Shown: in pieces, positions 11,221-24,095 of the stretch
How positions within the stretch are numbered: position 1 is the first letter of the stretch
How the letters are laid out: every line of letters starts with the position of its first letter
Source of the DNA: Octopus bimaculoides
Lineage: Eukaryota
DNA: 64,000 bases
NCBI RefSeq assembly: GCF_001194135.2
Contig: NC_068981.1
Coordinates: 154,546,098-154,610,097, forward strand
Reading direction: 5' to 3'
Program-made: the position numbers and the translations under genes
Notes under the pieces: generated by a model
Database searches by the model: none
What the model was told of the DNA's origin: nothing
Seen by the model: only the letters and a program-made list of their open reading frames with translations

Positions 11221-12249
11221 TATAATAATGATAATAATAAAATGAAAGCTGATTAATATAGAGGTGTTATTCACCAGATCCAGAAAATATAAATCAGCAT
11301 GAGAAGACATTAAACCAGTAACAATAATATTGTTGGTTCATAGGAAAAGATCAATCTTATATAAGTTGACACAAATATGTGACTGAGTCATTAATTCAAT
11401 GAGAAATATCTCAACAATAGCTGTTTATTGCTACCTTGGAATGGTACTGAAATAAAAACTAAATCAATGATATACCATTTTTTATATTTCTTTACAAACA
11501 GCAATTTGTTTTTTAATAACAAACCAACAATAGAACACATTAGCAAGATTCAATTTTTTATGTACAATGATAAAATTCATGATAAATGTGTCGATACTAA
11601 TATGTGAACTAAGAGTTTTATTAACAAAAAGGAAGAAAAATAGCAACATGAATATTTAAAAGATAAATAGAAATTTAATTTTATGTAGACGGTACTACCA
11701 TTGAGTAGACAAATGATGCAACTGTATTGTTGGAATAAAAAAATGTCAGTAACAAAACCAGAGATATGAAGAAGCTGTTAAACAAATCTAACTAGCTGTG
11801 CCAATAAAGACGATGGTTTAAGGATATTGAATAAATAAACAATGTCCTCCATTGAACTTGCTTGTGTATGTGGACATGAATATGTCTTTCTATCTCTTTA
11901 TAAACAGATTAGACACACACACACATTTACATATATATGTGCACATGCATAGCTATATAGATATGGGGTGATAAATATGTGTACATTAGTGGTATTAGTT
12001 TTAAACATTACCCTCCAGACAAGAAATACTATTTAAGAAGTTCTTGCAGTTTATAAGAAAATCCACCTAAATGATTTTATTCTTTATTCTCTGAGATTGA
12101 GTTCAAGTCACCCAGCTGGTCCTTTAGTACCTTTCATGCATTTCATTTGTTGCAAGTTTTCGCATCAAGTCTTCAGTCTGAAGATAACACAATATCTGTT
12201 CCTTTTCTTTTTTCTCTATTGGTTTGTTCTGGAGAAAGAGTTTGTACTT

Positions 12250-12540
12250 ATTGCCTTTGCAAGTCTCCAAGACCATCAAGATAGATGCGGTTAAGATTTC
12301 TGTTGAATAGTTATAAATTGTCAGTTACTGGGCAAACCTGGACAGGAAAATAATTCCAGTGCTGAAGATTTGGAGATGAAGGACTAAACATATTGGTTCA
12401 TGGGGAGCCTGGACGAGTGGATATGATAGAAGTGATAAGAAGAGGAGAGCAATGAGTGAGGCAGGAGTACCCAGATGTAGGAGTCACAAGATCAGCCATC
12501 TATGAGAAGTAAAGATCATTGCAGTCATTGTAAATAAAAA
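12250..12540 (-). mobile_element. CR1-like LINE 3' end relic
   Basis: Degenerate match to the CR1 ORF2 tail pattern (LFY..Y...CS..LA.LV.P...SFFPRT..LWN.LP). Confidence 0.4.
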
Positions 12541-13049
12541 CAGAAAGAGGTGACAAAATAATGGGTCATTAAGCCAATGAAAGAGTCTATAAGTGATAAC
12601 TCAACCTGCTAGTATTAGCAACCAAACATCCTTAAATGCTTACCAAATCATCATGAAGATGCAGGAAAGTACTGAATAAAGTAGTTCTAAATATAATAGG
12701 TCAGAAAGGAAGCGGTAATGGTCTTTGGCTTGAATGCCAATGAAATGATGTCAGTTCAGCACATTGAAAGACATGTTCTGTATCTGGACAAAATCCAAAA
12801 GAATAGTGTAACCATTAGAAATGTGTTTTCCAAAAATTACTCAGAAATCCAATGCAACAATAGGAGAAGAATGGCCTCTTGAACCAATCCCAGTCGATGC
12901 ACAGTACATATTTAATAAAACCTACAGAAAGTCAAAACCAACAAACCCAGTTCAATTCCCAATCAGATTTGAACTCAGAACATAAAAGGATGAAGCTAAA
13001 TATTTAAATGCATATTTTATATAATGAAGTATATAATAATACTGTTTAA

Positions 13050-13215
13050 TTTAGGCACAAGGCCAGCAATTTTGAGGGGAGGGGATTAATTGATCAGTTT
13101 GATCCAGTACTTGACTGGTATTATATTTTATCAACCTTGGCAACATGAAAGGCAAAACTGGTAGGATAGGAACACAGGACATAAAGAGCTTGAACAAATG
13201 CTACAAGGCATTTTT
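13050..13215 (-). mobile_element. SINE family A copy, partial
   Basis: aggcacaaggccagcaattttgagggga...tgaaaggcaaaactg. Confidence 0.6.
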
Positions 13216-14254
13216 CTTGAAGCTTTAACAATTTTGCTAATCTACTTCCTTTAAGAATTATATAATATTGTACAATATATAATAACATGCCAGATGTCAC
13301 AATTTCTGAAGATTTTCCAGTTCTAATATAAGCTGTCAATTGATATTTGATATGGGGCAATTACTAGATGACTTTAGATAATACATTTTCAAACATAACT
13401 CAATTTATTCCTGAAATTCTTTTGGTGTTCCCCACATTTAACTGACTACATCTGTTGATACTAAAAGGAAAGACCACTTTTATCATCAAAAGTAGATATG
13501 CAGTAGCATATTTCATTCATTCTCCTTTCTTTAAATATTGATATAAAATAACAGAAATGAGTATCTGATATGCCACTATTGATACAAACATATGCCTAAT
13601 GTGGTGGTATTAAAGCAAGCAAGTGTCTCATGTGACAAGATACAAATGCTTGACTGAACGACATGTTCAATGAAATAAGGCAAGTCTTCAATCAACTATT
13701 TACAATCAGTGGTCAGGCCATTCAGCTCCATTCTCTCTCTAACTCTGCTGCAGTTACTACAATGGTGCTTATTTTTCCTTCTGATGATACACTGCCTCTA
13801 CTTGAAACAATTCAATATCACTTGTTTTGCTCACTTTCTCCTGTCTTGTTCACTGTGTTTTACCTTTAAATCCTTATACTAAAGAATTCACACAGCCTCA
13901 CTTGATCTTACATAAGAGTTGTTGCTCTGACTTAGGCTCAATGAAAAAACTACGGTCAAAGGTATTCACTTAATCTTTTGTATATCTAGGGACTACATTG
14001 TTCACCGTATCCTTCCACTTTTAAGACAGTAGAATGTTATTTGAGGGAAATTTAGTCGTTATTTCTAGTAGGTTGGGCAACTGCTGCCTTGTTGACACTA
14101 AAGAAGAATATATTGATGTAATTGTGAGAAGAAACCAAAACATACCCCTTTTATTCCTAACAACACAGACTAACAGTAGCCTATCTAGTCAAGTTACTAA
14201 CCCATCCTCAGAACTTCCACTTTATCTTTCATCCAAACTAACTTCACTCAGTTA

Positions 14255-14585
14255 TCTATGGCTCAGTGGTTAGAGTGTCGAGTTCACAATCATGAGTTAG
14301 TGAGTTTGATTCCTGGACCAGGATGTGTGTTACATTCTTGAGCAAGACTCTTTATTTTACATTGCTGCAGTTCACTCAGCTGTAGAAATGAGTTGTGCCG
14401 TCACCGTTGCCAAGTTGTATTGGCCTCTGCCTTTCCCTTGGATAACATTTGGTGTGTGGAGAGGAGAGGCTGGTGTGCATGGGCAACTACTGGTCTTTCA
14501 CAAACAACCTTGCCTGGACTTGTGCCTAGGAGGGTAACTTTCTAGGTGCAATCCCATGGTCATTCATGACCGAAGGGGGTCCTTT
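14255..14585 (+). mobile_element. tRNA-derived SINE family C
   Basis: A-box tggctcagtgg and B-box-like gtttgattcc head followed by a 250-bp body; no cloverleaf acceptor stem. Confidence 0.65.
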
Positions 14586-14719
14586 ATGCCCCAGATGGGG
14601 AAAGCATTAAGGCAAATTAACTTTTAGTTACTACCTCTCCTCTTCAGGCTAACTAATTAAAGAAATTTGATGAAAATAATTCTGAGCATACTAGGAATAT
14701 TGAGAAAAATTAGACCTAC

Positions 14720-14885
14720 CTGTTTCATTATTCTTATCAACTTGCTGGATATCTACATTATACTTAATAAAGGTTTTTATAACTTCGTCAGCTCCTTTTC
14801 CAGCAGCCCACATGAATGCTGTGTGACCTTCAACATCTGGTTCATCAGTGACATTCTTTCGAGAAAGGAAAACCTCAACTGTTTG
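14720..14885 (-). CDS. INVS: Inversin coding exon D (phase 0 to phase 1)
   Basis: aaccag|CAA ACA GTT...GAA ACA G|gtaggt. Encodes QTVEVFLSRKNVTDEPDVEGHTAFMWAAGKGADEVIKTFIKYNVDIQQVDKNNET; FMWAAGKG is an inversin signature. 166 nt. Confidence 0.95.
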
Positions 14886-15119
14886 CTGGTTTAAGATAAA
14901 TGAAGAGAAAGCCAAGTAGCTTATGGGGAAAATGGTATAATTCTACAAAATTATGTTAACAAGAAGAATAAAGTGTGAGAAGTGCTGCAGATCAGTGGTA
15001 GATATTAGTCATGGAATGGTGTTGTTTCAATTGAACTAAAAAAAAAATGGGGGAAGAAAGGATGCAAACCAACAACAGTGATTTGAACATCCATTAAACT
15101 TTTAGCAGTATCAGTTATT

Positions 15120-15432
15120 ATGTTGTATTTAAGAAGCTTGCTCACTTTGCAACCATGTAGTTTTGGGTTCAGTTCCACTGTGTGGCACCTTGGGCAACAG
15201 CCTTCTACTATAGCTCTGGGCTGACCAATGCATTGTGAGTGAATTTTGTAAACGGAAACTGTGTGGAGACTTGTTATCATATATATATANNNNNNNNNNA
15301 GGGCATCCAGCTGTAGAAACTCTGCCAAATCAGACTGGAGCCTGGTGTTGCCATCCGGTTTCACCAGTCCTCAGTCAAATCGTCCAACCCATGCTAGCAT
15401 GGAAAGCGGACGTTAAACGATGATGATGATGA
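15120..15432 (+). mobile_element. SINE family B head followed across a gap by an RTE 3' tail
   Basis: gggttcagttccactgtgtggcaccttgggcaa at 15165-15200; gggcatccagctgtagaaactc...gcggacgttaaacgatgatgat at 15300-15432. Confidence 0.7.
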
Positions 15433-17446
15433 TATATATAATGAAGATGAAAAAAGAGTAATGGGCATATGTGCCATATTTCGGGAGTTTTAGTAGTAAT
15501 GAATATATGTCAGGTCACTCTCAAAAAACTGGTAACATGTGACACAGAACAACCTGTTACATGGTCAGGTTGTTAGCGAATAAACTGGCAACCCTACCAA
15601 GCTTGCTTGGTGAGGAGGGTGATTGCATGTATGTATGTATGTATGTATGTATGTATGTATGTGTGTGTGTATGTGTGTGTGTGTGTGTGTGTGCGTGTGT
15701 GTGTTAGAGAGAGAGAGAGAGAGAGAACGGGAGAGTGTTTCTTTTTTTGCATGTGTGTGAGCGTGAGTGTGTCTTTGTCCTCTAACACAGGCCAACAACG
15801 AGTGTTGATTTGTTTGAATCCCTGTAACTTAGCAGTTCAGCAAGAGACTGGCAGAATAAGAGCCAGACTTAAAAATATAAATACCAGGGTTGATTTGTTT
15901 GACTAAACATTTCAAGGTGGTGCCCCAGCATGGCTGTACTCCAGTGACTGAGTCAAGTAAAATATAAAATGAAGTAAAAAACATGACCACCATCAACACG
16001 ATTTCCACTGCTACCACCACATTGATGATAATGATGATGGTTATGATGGTGATGCTGTGATTGTGATCACCGAAGAGAGAAGAAGAAAAAATTGCTCATG
16101 GAAAGGAAAGAAAAAAGAAGGAAAACACAATTACACATATGTGTGTAAAGTATTACAACACTCTTTCTCCTGTTGCATTATTTTAAAACACAACAGCCTA
16201 TTCTTATTGGCGAAGCTTTTGTGTTCTAAAACACTGCAATAAAGTATCTACAGATTTATAGCTGCTGCAGTTTTGTGTTTGGCAAATTTACAGAAATTAT
16301 ATATTAGCAAAGTTTGAAACAATATACATATATAAACACTCACACACACACACATGTATACACATATCTATACATACATATACACAAACACATACACATA
16401 CATATATATATACATATATATTCAAACACAAACATGCGTGTGCACACACACACGCACACATATGTAAATTATTGGCTGACTTGAACCTCAATTCAATTCA
16501 TATCATTTATTATTCCATAAATCTAAAACAGGCACCTTATAATAAGTTTAACATCAGCTGAATAGTTACATGTTTAATATTAATCTAACGTCAACTGTCT
16601 AAGTATACTGTCAGGTAACTTAATTGGTTTTACTTTTAATAAATTCTATTTCTATGAGACAGAAATAACCCAGACCTGTTTTTCCAAATATTTTTTCGTT
16701 TTTCTTGTCAATTTGACAACAGAATTGAAGTTATGTATATTGATACACAATATTTTCCCTACTCCTTTTTTTTATCATTTATTTCTTTATTTTCCTGAAC
16801 TCTAAACATATCACAGATACTGAGATAATATTCAATCTATAAGCAAATAGACAGAAATAATTAGACTTTTGAAAATAAAAATATGTATCAAGTAAATATA
16901 AAATTTTTTAGAGAAATATAAAACATTTGATAGAATGCTGAGCTTCAAACTAGTGGTTACTGAGATCAAATCCCAGTCCTTTGATATATGCTGTTAGTAA
17001 AACAGCATGAAATTTACAGTAACAGGCTGAACAGTGGAAAGGGTGCAGTGTACTCAGACTGACACACTGTATCCCAAATGATAAACCACCAAGGGTCAGC
17101 TTGGTACAGAATAGTCCTCAGGTGAAGGTACAGTACATATCTGGATCATTAGATGTGTGGATTGCACCAAGTCATTTGACCAACTACATACAAGATACAG
17201 GTCATGAAAATAAGCGAAGCTTTTATGCTGGAGATATTTCTTTCAATGAATAGCAAAAAAAGAATTAAAAAAACTGGACCTTCTTAAATAGGTAGCTTAT
17301 TGCCACTTTATGAACAAGTAAGTAGATTGCCTCAGTAGAAAGCCATTTCTGTTGTTGTTTGTTTGTTTGGTTGTGTGTGTGTGCGTGTGTGTGTGTGTGT
17401 GTGTATGTGTGTGAATGTGTGTGTGTACATACATAAAGTTACACAT

Positions 17447-17680
17447 AGGCGCAGGAGTGGCTGTGTGGTAAGTAGCTTGCTTACGAACCACATGGTTCCA
17501 GGTTCATTCCCACTGCGTGGCACCTTGGGCAAGTGTCTTCTACTATAGCCTCGGGCCGACCAAAGCTTTGTGAGTGGATTTGGTAGATGGAAACTGAAAG
17601 AAGCCTGTCGTATATATATGTATGTATGTGTGTGTATATGTTTGTGTGTCTGTGTTTGTCCCCCCAGCATCACTTGANNN
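17447..17680 (+). mobile_element. tRNA-derived SINE family B (CORE-like centre) with internal (TA/TG)n
   Basis: ggcgcaggagtggctgtgtggtaag...ggttcattccc...caccttgggcaagtg. Homologous heads at 9328, 40338, 48790, 51680 and 58350 (+) and at 19870-20050, 25060-25220, 28550-28680, 39300-39410 and 50280-50395 (-). Confidence 0.8.
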
Positions 17681-18337
17681 NNNNNNNAAAAAAAAAAAAA
17701 AAAAATAGCCAACAACATTTATTGAAACTGTTTCCTCTGATTTCCAGGTATAGCACTTATTCACATTAATTATACTGTTGCCTCTGTAAATGGTGAGAAG
17801 ACACATCATGAAAGATCTCAGAATAAGAGGGTTGTATATATGACCCTAACAGCTGATGGAATCAATAATTGGCAACAGTTAAAAACAGCAAAAACAACAG
17901 CAACAACAACAACNNNNNNNNNNCAGCATGGCCACAGTCAAATAACTGAAACAAGTAAAAAAGTAAAAGAGTATATAAATATACATATTACACACACAAA
18001 TGCACATGTGCATATGTGAGTGTGTATGTCTGTATGTATAACTTTTTTTTAATCTAACAGGTGAGTAAAAAAAAAAAAAAAAATANNNNNNNNNNNNNNN
18101 NNNNNNNNNNNNNTTCACATTAATTATACTGTTGCCTCTGTAAATGGTGAGAAGACACATCATGAAAGATCTCAGAATAAGAGGGTTGTATATATGACCC
18201 TAACAGCTGATGGAATCAATAATTGGCAACAGTTAAAAACAGCAAAAACAACAGCAACAACAACAACAACAACAATAACGCCTAGAATTGAGAAAGAATG
18301 AACTAATAATCATATGGCTCGTGAGTTATTTACTTAC

Positions 18338-18444
18338 AGCACAATTGTTTTTGGCAGCATAGTGAAGTGGAGTAGCACTGTTGGAGTCTGAACAAGCATA
18401 ATCAGCACCATTGTCCAGTAAAATACTGATGATTTGTGAGTGAC
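18338..18444 (-). CDS. INVS: Inversin coding exon C (phase 1 to phase 0)
   Basis: ttcttaccag|GT CAC TCA...TGT GCT|gtaagt. Encodes (G)HSQIISILLDNGADYACSDSNSATPLHYAAKNNCA versus recalled vertebrate GHAQIVHLLLE...SDSQGATPLHYAAQSNFA. 107 nt. Confidence 0.93.
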
Positions 18445-18569
18445 CTGGTAAGAAATAAATTCTCAACATTACACTTTATTGATTTCTGAACTTTCTGATT
18501 CACATGTGCACAATAAAGAACAGGTATTTTCAATGTTTATAAAAACATTTCCTTATACCAATAGCATTT

Positions 18570-18613
<44 letters not shown>

Positions 18614-19328
18614 TCTAGTTGTTAATTTCAGCAATCATACACATCCACACACCTAATAATATACTCTCACTTGATTACTGTTTTATTTTTAAATACACAA
18701 ATACACACATTAGATAGTGATCGATAATTGTTCACACTCAGTGCAGTGTTTTCAGTAACTATATACACACTACTGACAATAGGTTATTTTCACTAACCAT
18801 ACATACACTGCACTGAAAAGAGATGCTTTCACTAACCATACCCAGTCATCTAACTACTGTTATTGGTCTCCACATAAACTCAGCTCATTTCATGATCGTT
18901 TCCAATAATTATACATACACTTGTCAGAGACAAACAGACTTCATGAAAAAGCTTACCTGCTTAATAAAGCAAAGACTTACAGGTCAACAATTTTTAGCTT
19001 TTGACCTGTTATCTTTTCTATCTGCTTATTTTTCTAAAATGGCCTTTGTTCTTCTGAATATATAAATACCAATACACCAACACCATCTCCTCAACTCACC
19101 ATTTTTTTTTTTTTTTTTTAGCAAGGACTATTCAATCAACATATTTTTTTTCTACTTTTGTTATATCTGTCTCTTTCAATTTCACTCTAGGAATTATCTA
19201 CATTTACCAACTAGTTGACTAGTTGTCCTTTACCTTTTTTTAAGCAAAGGACTACACCAATCCCTTTTATTTATCTTGTATTTGCTAAATAGGTTTTAGG
19301 TTTTAGGCTTTCTTTTCACAACATCAAA

Positions 19329-19430
19329 CAGTGGTTCTCAATGGGGGTCCATATAACGGGGGGGGGGGGTCTATGCAACAAAATAGTAAACTGGGGATCC
19401 ACAATAGTATTTTAAGGGCCCCTGAAAATA
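19329..19430 (+). mobile_element. Possible hAT-type MITE left end
   Basis: Begins cagtggttctcaa (Charlie/hAT-like TIR); no convincing right TIR found. Confidence 0.35.
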
Positions 19431-19461
19431 TTTTGCGACTGTAAATTGCACATTGGTGGCT

Positions 19462-19503
19462 GTTTCCATAGTAACGAGTAGTCTGCTGTGTTTCCATTGT
19501 AAC
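19462..19503. promoter_or_regulatory. Tandem RFX X-box motifs in inversin intron B-C
   Basis: GTTTCCATAGTAAC (19462-19475) fits GTHNYY-AT-RRNAAC exactly; GTTTCCATTGTAAC (19490-19503) has one mismatch. Function not demonstrated. Confidence 0.35.
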
Positions 19504-20399
19504 AACAATGCTGTTTCTGTCCTACAGTGACACTTTCACCATTGCAACCACCATCTCAAGTTTTGATGAGAATCGTTTTGTGACAGACAGCTATCACACA
19601 GAAAATATCAGCTTCTAATTCCTGTTTTCAAATTAGCCAAAAATGAACTTTAAACCTCTGTAAAATTTTCCTAAATTTTATCTGGAATAAATGAATCCCA
19701 AATTCAGATCCAGTGTGAAAAATTACATCAAAATTTTCATTTAATTTTAAAATTTCCAAATCTGTGTCAGTAACCAAAAAGATCCACATATGTCGTTGAA
19801 TGGATCTCCCCATAATGTAATTCTCAGACAAAATCAAAGTTACACAGTATGCAACAAGGTTGGATTTTCAAGTTACAGGTACAATCAATCTAATAGGCTT
19901 CTACATAGTTTCTGTCTACTTAGTTTCCTTGACAAGGCTTGGATTCAGTGGAGGTCATGGTGACTGACACTCAGCAAAGATGCCATGTAGTGAGATCAAA
20001 CCTGAGAAATGGGATTGCAAGGCAACCTTCTTAATCATTCAGCCATAAACACACCAACCATAATTTCATCTTTTAGGGACCATAACACCCAAATTCCAAA
20101 GAACATTAAAACATGTAGTCCCAGAGATGCAAAACGATGAGATGAACTGCTCTGGAATATTTTTGAATCAGAAATCTACTCAAACAAGAATGGCCTAGGG
20201 TTACACAGCATCTATGGAGTCTAACTTTGAGATGTTTGCAGCAGATTTTCCTACAACTAATTCTTTTGCTCACTTGTTAATGCTGTTCATAGAATACAAA
20301 GATAATCACAACTTGCATGATGTTAATTAGTAACTAGCTCAGTGTAACTGTATCGTTTATCCTAACTAAATTAACCAATTATGCTGCAGGAATTGGAGG

Positions 20400-21100
20400 G
20401 GTGAATTTTGTACAGTATGTGGTTATATGTTGAGCAGATATGGCAAGGGATTGAGTGGTCTGATGACCCAGTAGGTGCAGAGATGGTAATGGTTTGGTAG
20501 AAGTTAAGGTTTTGAGGTGAGGAAGAGATCAAGAGTGCTTGGGTGGGTGGGGGTAGGGTTGTCTATGTGTGTCAGCCTAGAGTATGGGTAGAAGATAAAA
20601 ATAAGTTAGTGTAAAGATTTGAGAACAGCAAAGGATTTAGCTTCTGCCCCAGTAACATTGGTGTAGGAAGAGTGAGAAAATCTTGAGGGGTTGTGAACGT
20701 TGAAATCACCAAGAATGATGACTTTGAAGAGTGGAGAGATAAGAAAGATATTTGTAATGCAGGAGGGGATATGGTTGAAGAATTGCTGGTAGTTTGAGGA
20801 ATTCAGAGAGTAATAGAGGAGGCAGATGTAGTGTAGGAAGTGAGGGAGGGAAACTCTGAGCCGGAGTAACTGGAAATCATTGTTGAGAGGAATGAGGGTC
20901 GAATCTGTGTAGATGTAGACATCACCTATTCAAGAGAAATTTGAGTGGAGAGTGTATTAGGGATAATGGAAATGATTTGTTGATAGGGGTTGAGAAATTT
21001 CTATCTCAGAGTGAACCAGGATATGTGGTTTGCATGTGAGTAAGAGATGATATGTGAGATCTAGTTAGGAGAGAAAGCCTCAGATGTTTAAGATAAAGAG
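20400..21100 (-). mobile_element. CR1-like LINE apurinic endonuclease relic
   Basis: Minus frame VIILGDFNVHNP...YTNVTGAEAKSFAVL matches the APE GDFN motif and CR1 context; heavily decayed. Confidence 0.6.
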
Positions 21101-23216
21101 GAGAATGGATATGCTTTAAAAGAAAGGGAATCAACTAAATTCCAAGACTGAAAATAAACTTAACTCAATTTTTCAAAAGACATTTTAATTTCCTGCCTGC
21201 AAATGAAGAGTAACTAAAGTGTTATAAACCATCCTACTTTATCTTAATCTAATTTTCCATTAGTTCCAAATTTCTAAAGTAGCCTCAATTCTTTAAATGG
21301 AAGCTAAAATGTAAAATGTGTGTAAATAAATTTTTTAAATATAGCTTCTCTCACTGATATTTCTATGTAAGTCAGTTTTATATATAGAAGTTTTAATATC
21401 AAATATACAGAATGACATTTCATTTTAGCTTCTTAGGTGAAACTTCTAGTATATATCTTTTGTAATCTACAATTGCACCTGGAGATGTGCTATAGTACAA
21501 TGAAATTGAATAGTATAAGTCTACATATGGTTTTTCTTACGATAAAGCAATAACTTGTCTGCTAAATACATTGAAACTAAAGAATATTCTGTTGAAAAAA
21601 CTGCTACCGTGATTGAATAGATAACTACGGAACCAACAGACAGCCAAATTGCCTCAGATTTAGCAAAATGGCAAAGCTTCTGACAATGTTCATTATTGTT
21701 TTATCTTCAGGCAACGTCAGTTCTTTTTTTTACTTAATTTCTTGCAGCTATCACAGAAAAACTTCCAAGCATTGTTTCACCAGCCAAACAAAATTGAAAG
21801 ACATAAAGCAGAAAATAATGTTCTTTCTTTACTGATTCACTTTACTTCATAAATATATTTGATATTGTTACACTTTAACTTACAATATCATTACTATGAG
21901 ATGAGAGAGGGGGGGAGGAATGGGGGAGAATTTAGGATGGCAAATATATATTTAGTTTGGTGGAATATAGTAAACAGAAAAGTGAAGGAAGCAAGAAAAA
22001 AATTAAACATCAACAATAAATGACACTACTGAGAACATAACTAAGAACATTTCCAATTTCTTAGACTTTGCACAGATCTTCAGAGGTTTCCTTTTTTATA
22101 TAGTGAATGATAGACTGTAAAGGAAAGTGTGAACCCATAAAAGTATGTCTTAGGTAATGCGTATGTACCATAGTTAGGCTGTTCAGCTGTTTCATGTATG
22201 TATAATATATGTTATACTACATAGTAGAGGCATGTGATTTTAGGTGGCTTACATAATTTTGTGAGAAGATTTTCTTGATATGGATTCCAAATTTCAAAGA
22301 TATATTCAGCTTGTAATTTCTTTTAGTTTATATATATTTTATATCTTTATTATTTGTTTTCTATTTGGAAGGATAAATATTTTTGTATTTTTGTCTTTAG
22401 TCTAAACCAGGTGGAAAAACCTATCAACAAGGCGACTGAAAGAGGTTAGTACTATATTACATAGCTAAAGGTTAATTATTGGTTGAAAGTTGTGAGCAGA
22501 GATGAAGTTCAAAGAGAATACAGTTCTAGATTGAAAGAATAGTATTTATGTATGAGTGGAGAAGAAAGAAAAAAAAAATAGCATTGTGATATAGAACAAT
22601 AATAAATTATAATTATGGAAAGAGATAGCAGAAACAGAGCTAGGATGACCAGAGATTGAAAATATTGTTTGATACATAAATAATGAAAATAATATACTGG
22701 ATCTCTCTCTTTCTCTCTCTCCTCTATGTTAACATTTGTCTCCATCTTGACTATAGCTTATAAATCTCTAAGTCTCATGTCTTGTGACTCCTAAAACCCA
22801 AATCCACCATCCTTTATCTTCAACATCTACCTACTACCCAAAATATAGGGCATATTTCTAAAAGCAGGAATCTTTATTAATATGAAATCTACTTTCCCAG
22901 GTAGTTATTACTCCTACATGAACATGAGCAGTAAAAACTTTAGGCTGCTTTGATCCTTTTCAGTTGTTAAACTCTTCAAAATAAACCAGTCATCAGTTCT
23001 TTAGGTTCCACAGTTATAATATTCTGAGGCTCTTATGGCTGCAACTCCTTCCAGTTATTTTGGAATGATTATTTCTTTTTATTTCCTTTCTATTTGTTTC
23101 AGTCACTGAACTGTGGTCATACTGGAGCACTGCCTTGAAAGATTTAGTTAAACAAATCAATTCCTGCACTTACTTTTTAAGTTTAGTACATTCACATAAT
23201 ATATATATATATATAT

Positions 23217-24095
23217 CATCAACATCGTTTAACGTCTGCTTTCCATGCTAGCATGGGTTGGACGATTTGACTGAGGACTGGCGAACCAGATGGCAACACC
23301 AGGCTCCAATCTGATCTGGCAGAGTTTCTACAGCTGGATGCCCTTCCTAATGGCAACCACACTGAGAGTGCAGTGGGTGATTTTACGTGCCACTGGCCTG
23401 AGGGCCAGTCAGGCGGTACTGGCAACGGCGTGTTTTTTATGTGCCACCTGCACAGGAGACAGTCCAGCAGCACTGTCAATGACCTTATTCGAATGTTGCT
23501 TTTCACGTGCCACTGGCACAAGTGCCAGTAAGGCGACGCTGGTAACAATAACGCTCGAATGGTGCTTTTTATGTGCCACCAGCTAAGAATACCATCCGAG
23601 TGTAATCTGGCAACGATCACGCTCGGATGGTGCTCTTAGCACTCCACTAGCATGGATGCCAGTCATCAAATTTGATTTCAATTTCGATTTCACTTGCCTC
23701 AACAGGTCTTCGCAAGAAGAGTTTAGTGTCCACTGAAGGAAAGGTATGCATAAGTGGGCTGGTTGGTTACACCCCTGGCATAGGCCATAGGTTATGGTCT
23801 CACTTGGCTTGCCGGGTCTTCTCAAGCACAGCATATTTCCAAAGGTCTCCGTCACTAGTCATTGAGGAGCTCCCAAGGGCATGCTGTCTTGAATTCCTGT
23901 TACTGGTTGGAGAACTATGATAAATAGGAGGAGGCTGAGGACTGAACCTTGGTGGACCCCTACCTCTACCTGGAATTCTTCACTGTACTCGTTGCCAACC
24001 CTCACCTTACTGAAAATATGTCCCTGTACATGGCTTGCACAGCTCTCACTAACCATTCATCTATCCCAAGTTTCCTCACTGACCACCATTGTGTG
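23217..24095 (-). mobile_element. 5'-truncated RTE LINE (younger, CpG-retaining subfamily)
   Basis: RT fragment SKVRVGNEYSEEFQVEVGVHQGSVLS (ORF 23859-24056), then a 3' UTR with gtgccac subrepeats and a (GAT)n tail at 23217. Confidence 0.85.

Noticed and set aside
14260-14335. tRNA-like sequence
   Set aside because: It has A/B-box-like motifs but no closable acceptor stem and continues into a SINE body; not a tRNA gene.
17760-18270. Identical duplication of about 155 bp (17760-17913 and 18114-18267) near exon C
   Set aside because: Both copies abut N gaps, typical of scaffolding overlap; treated as an assembly artefact.
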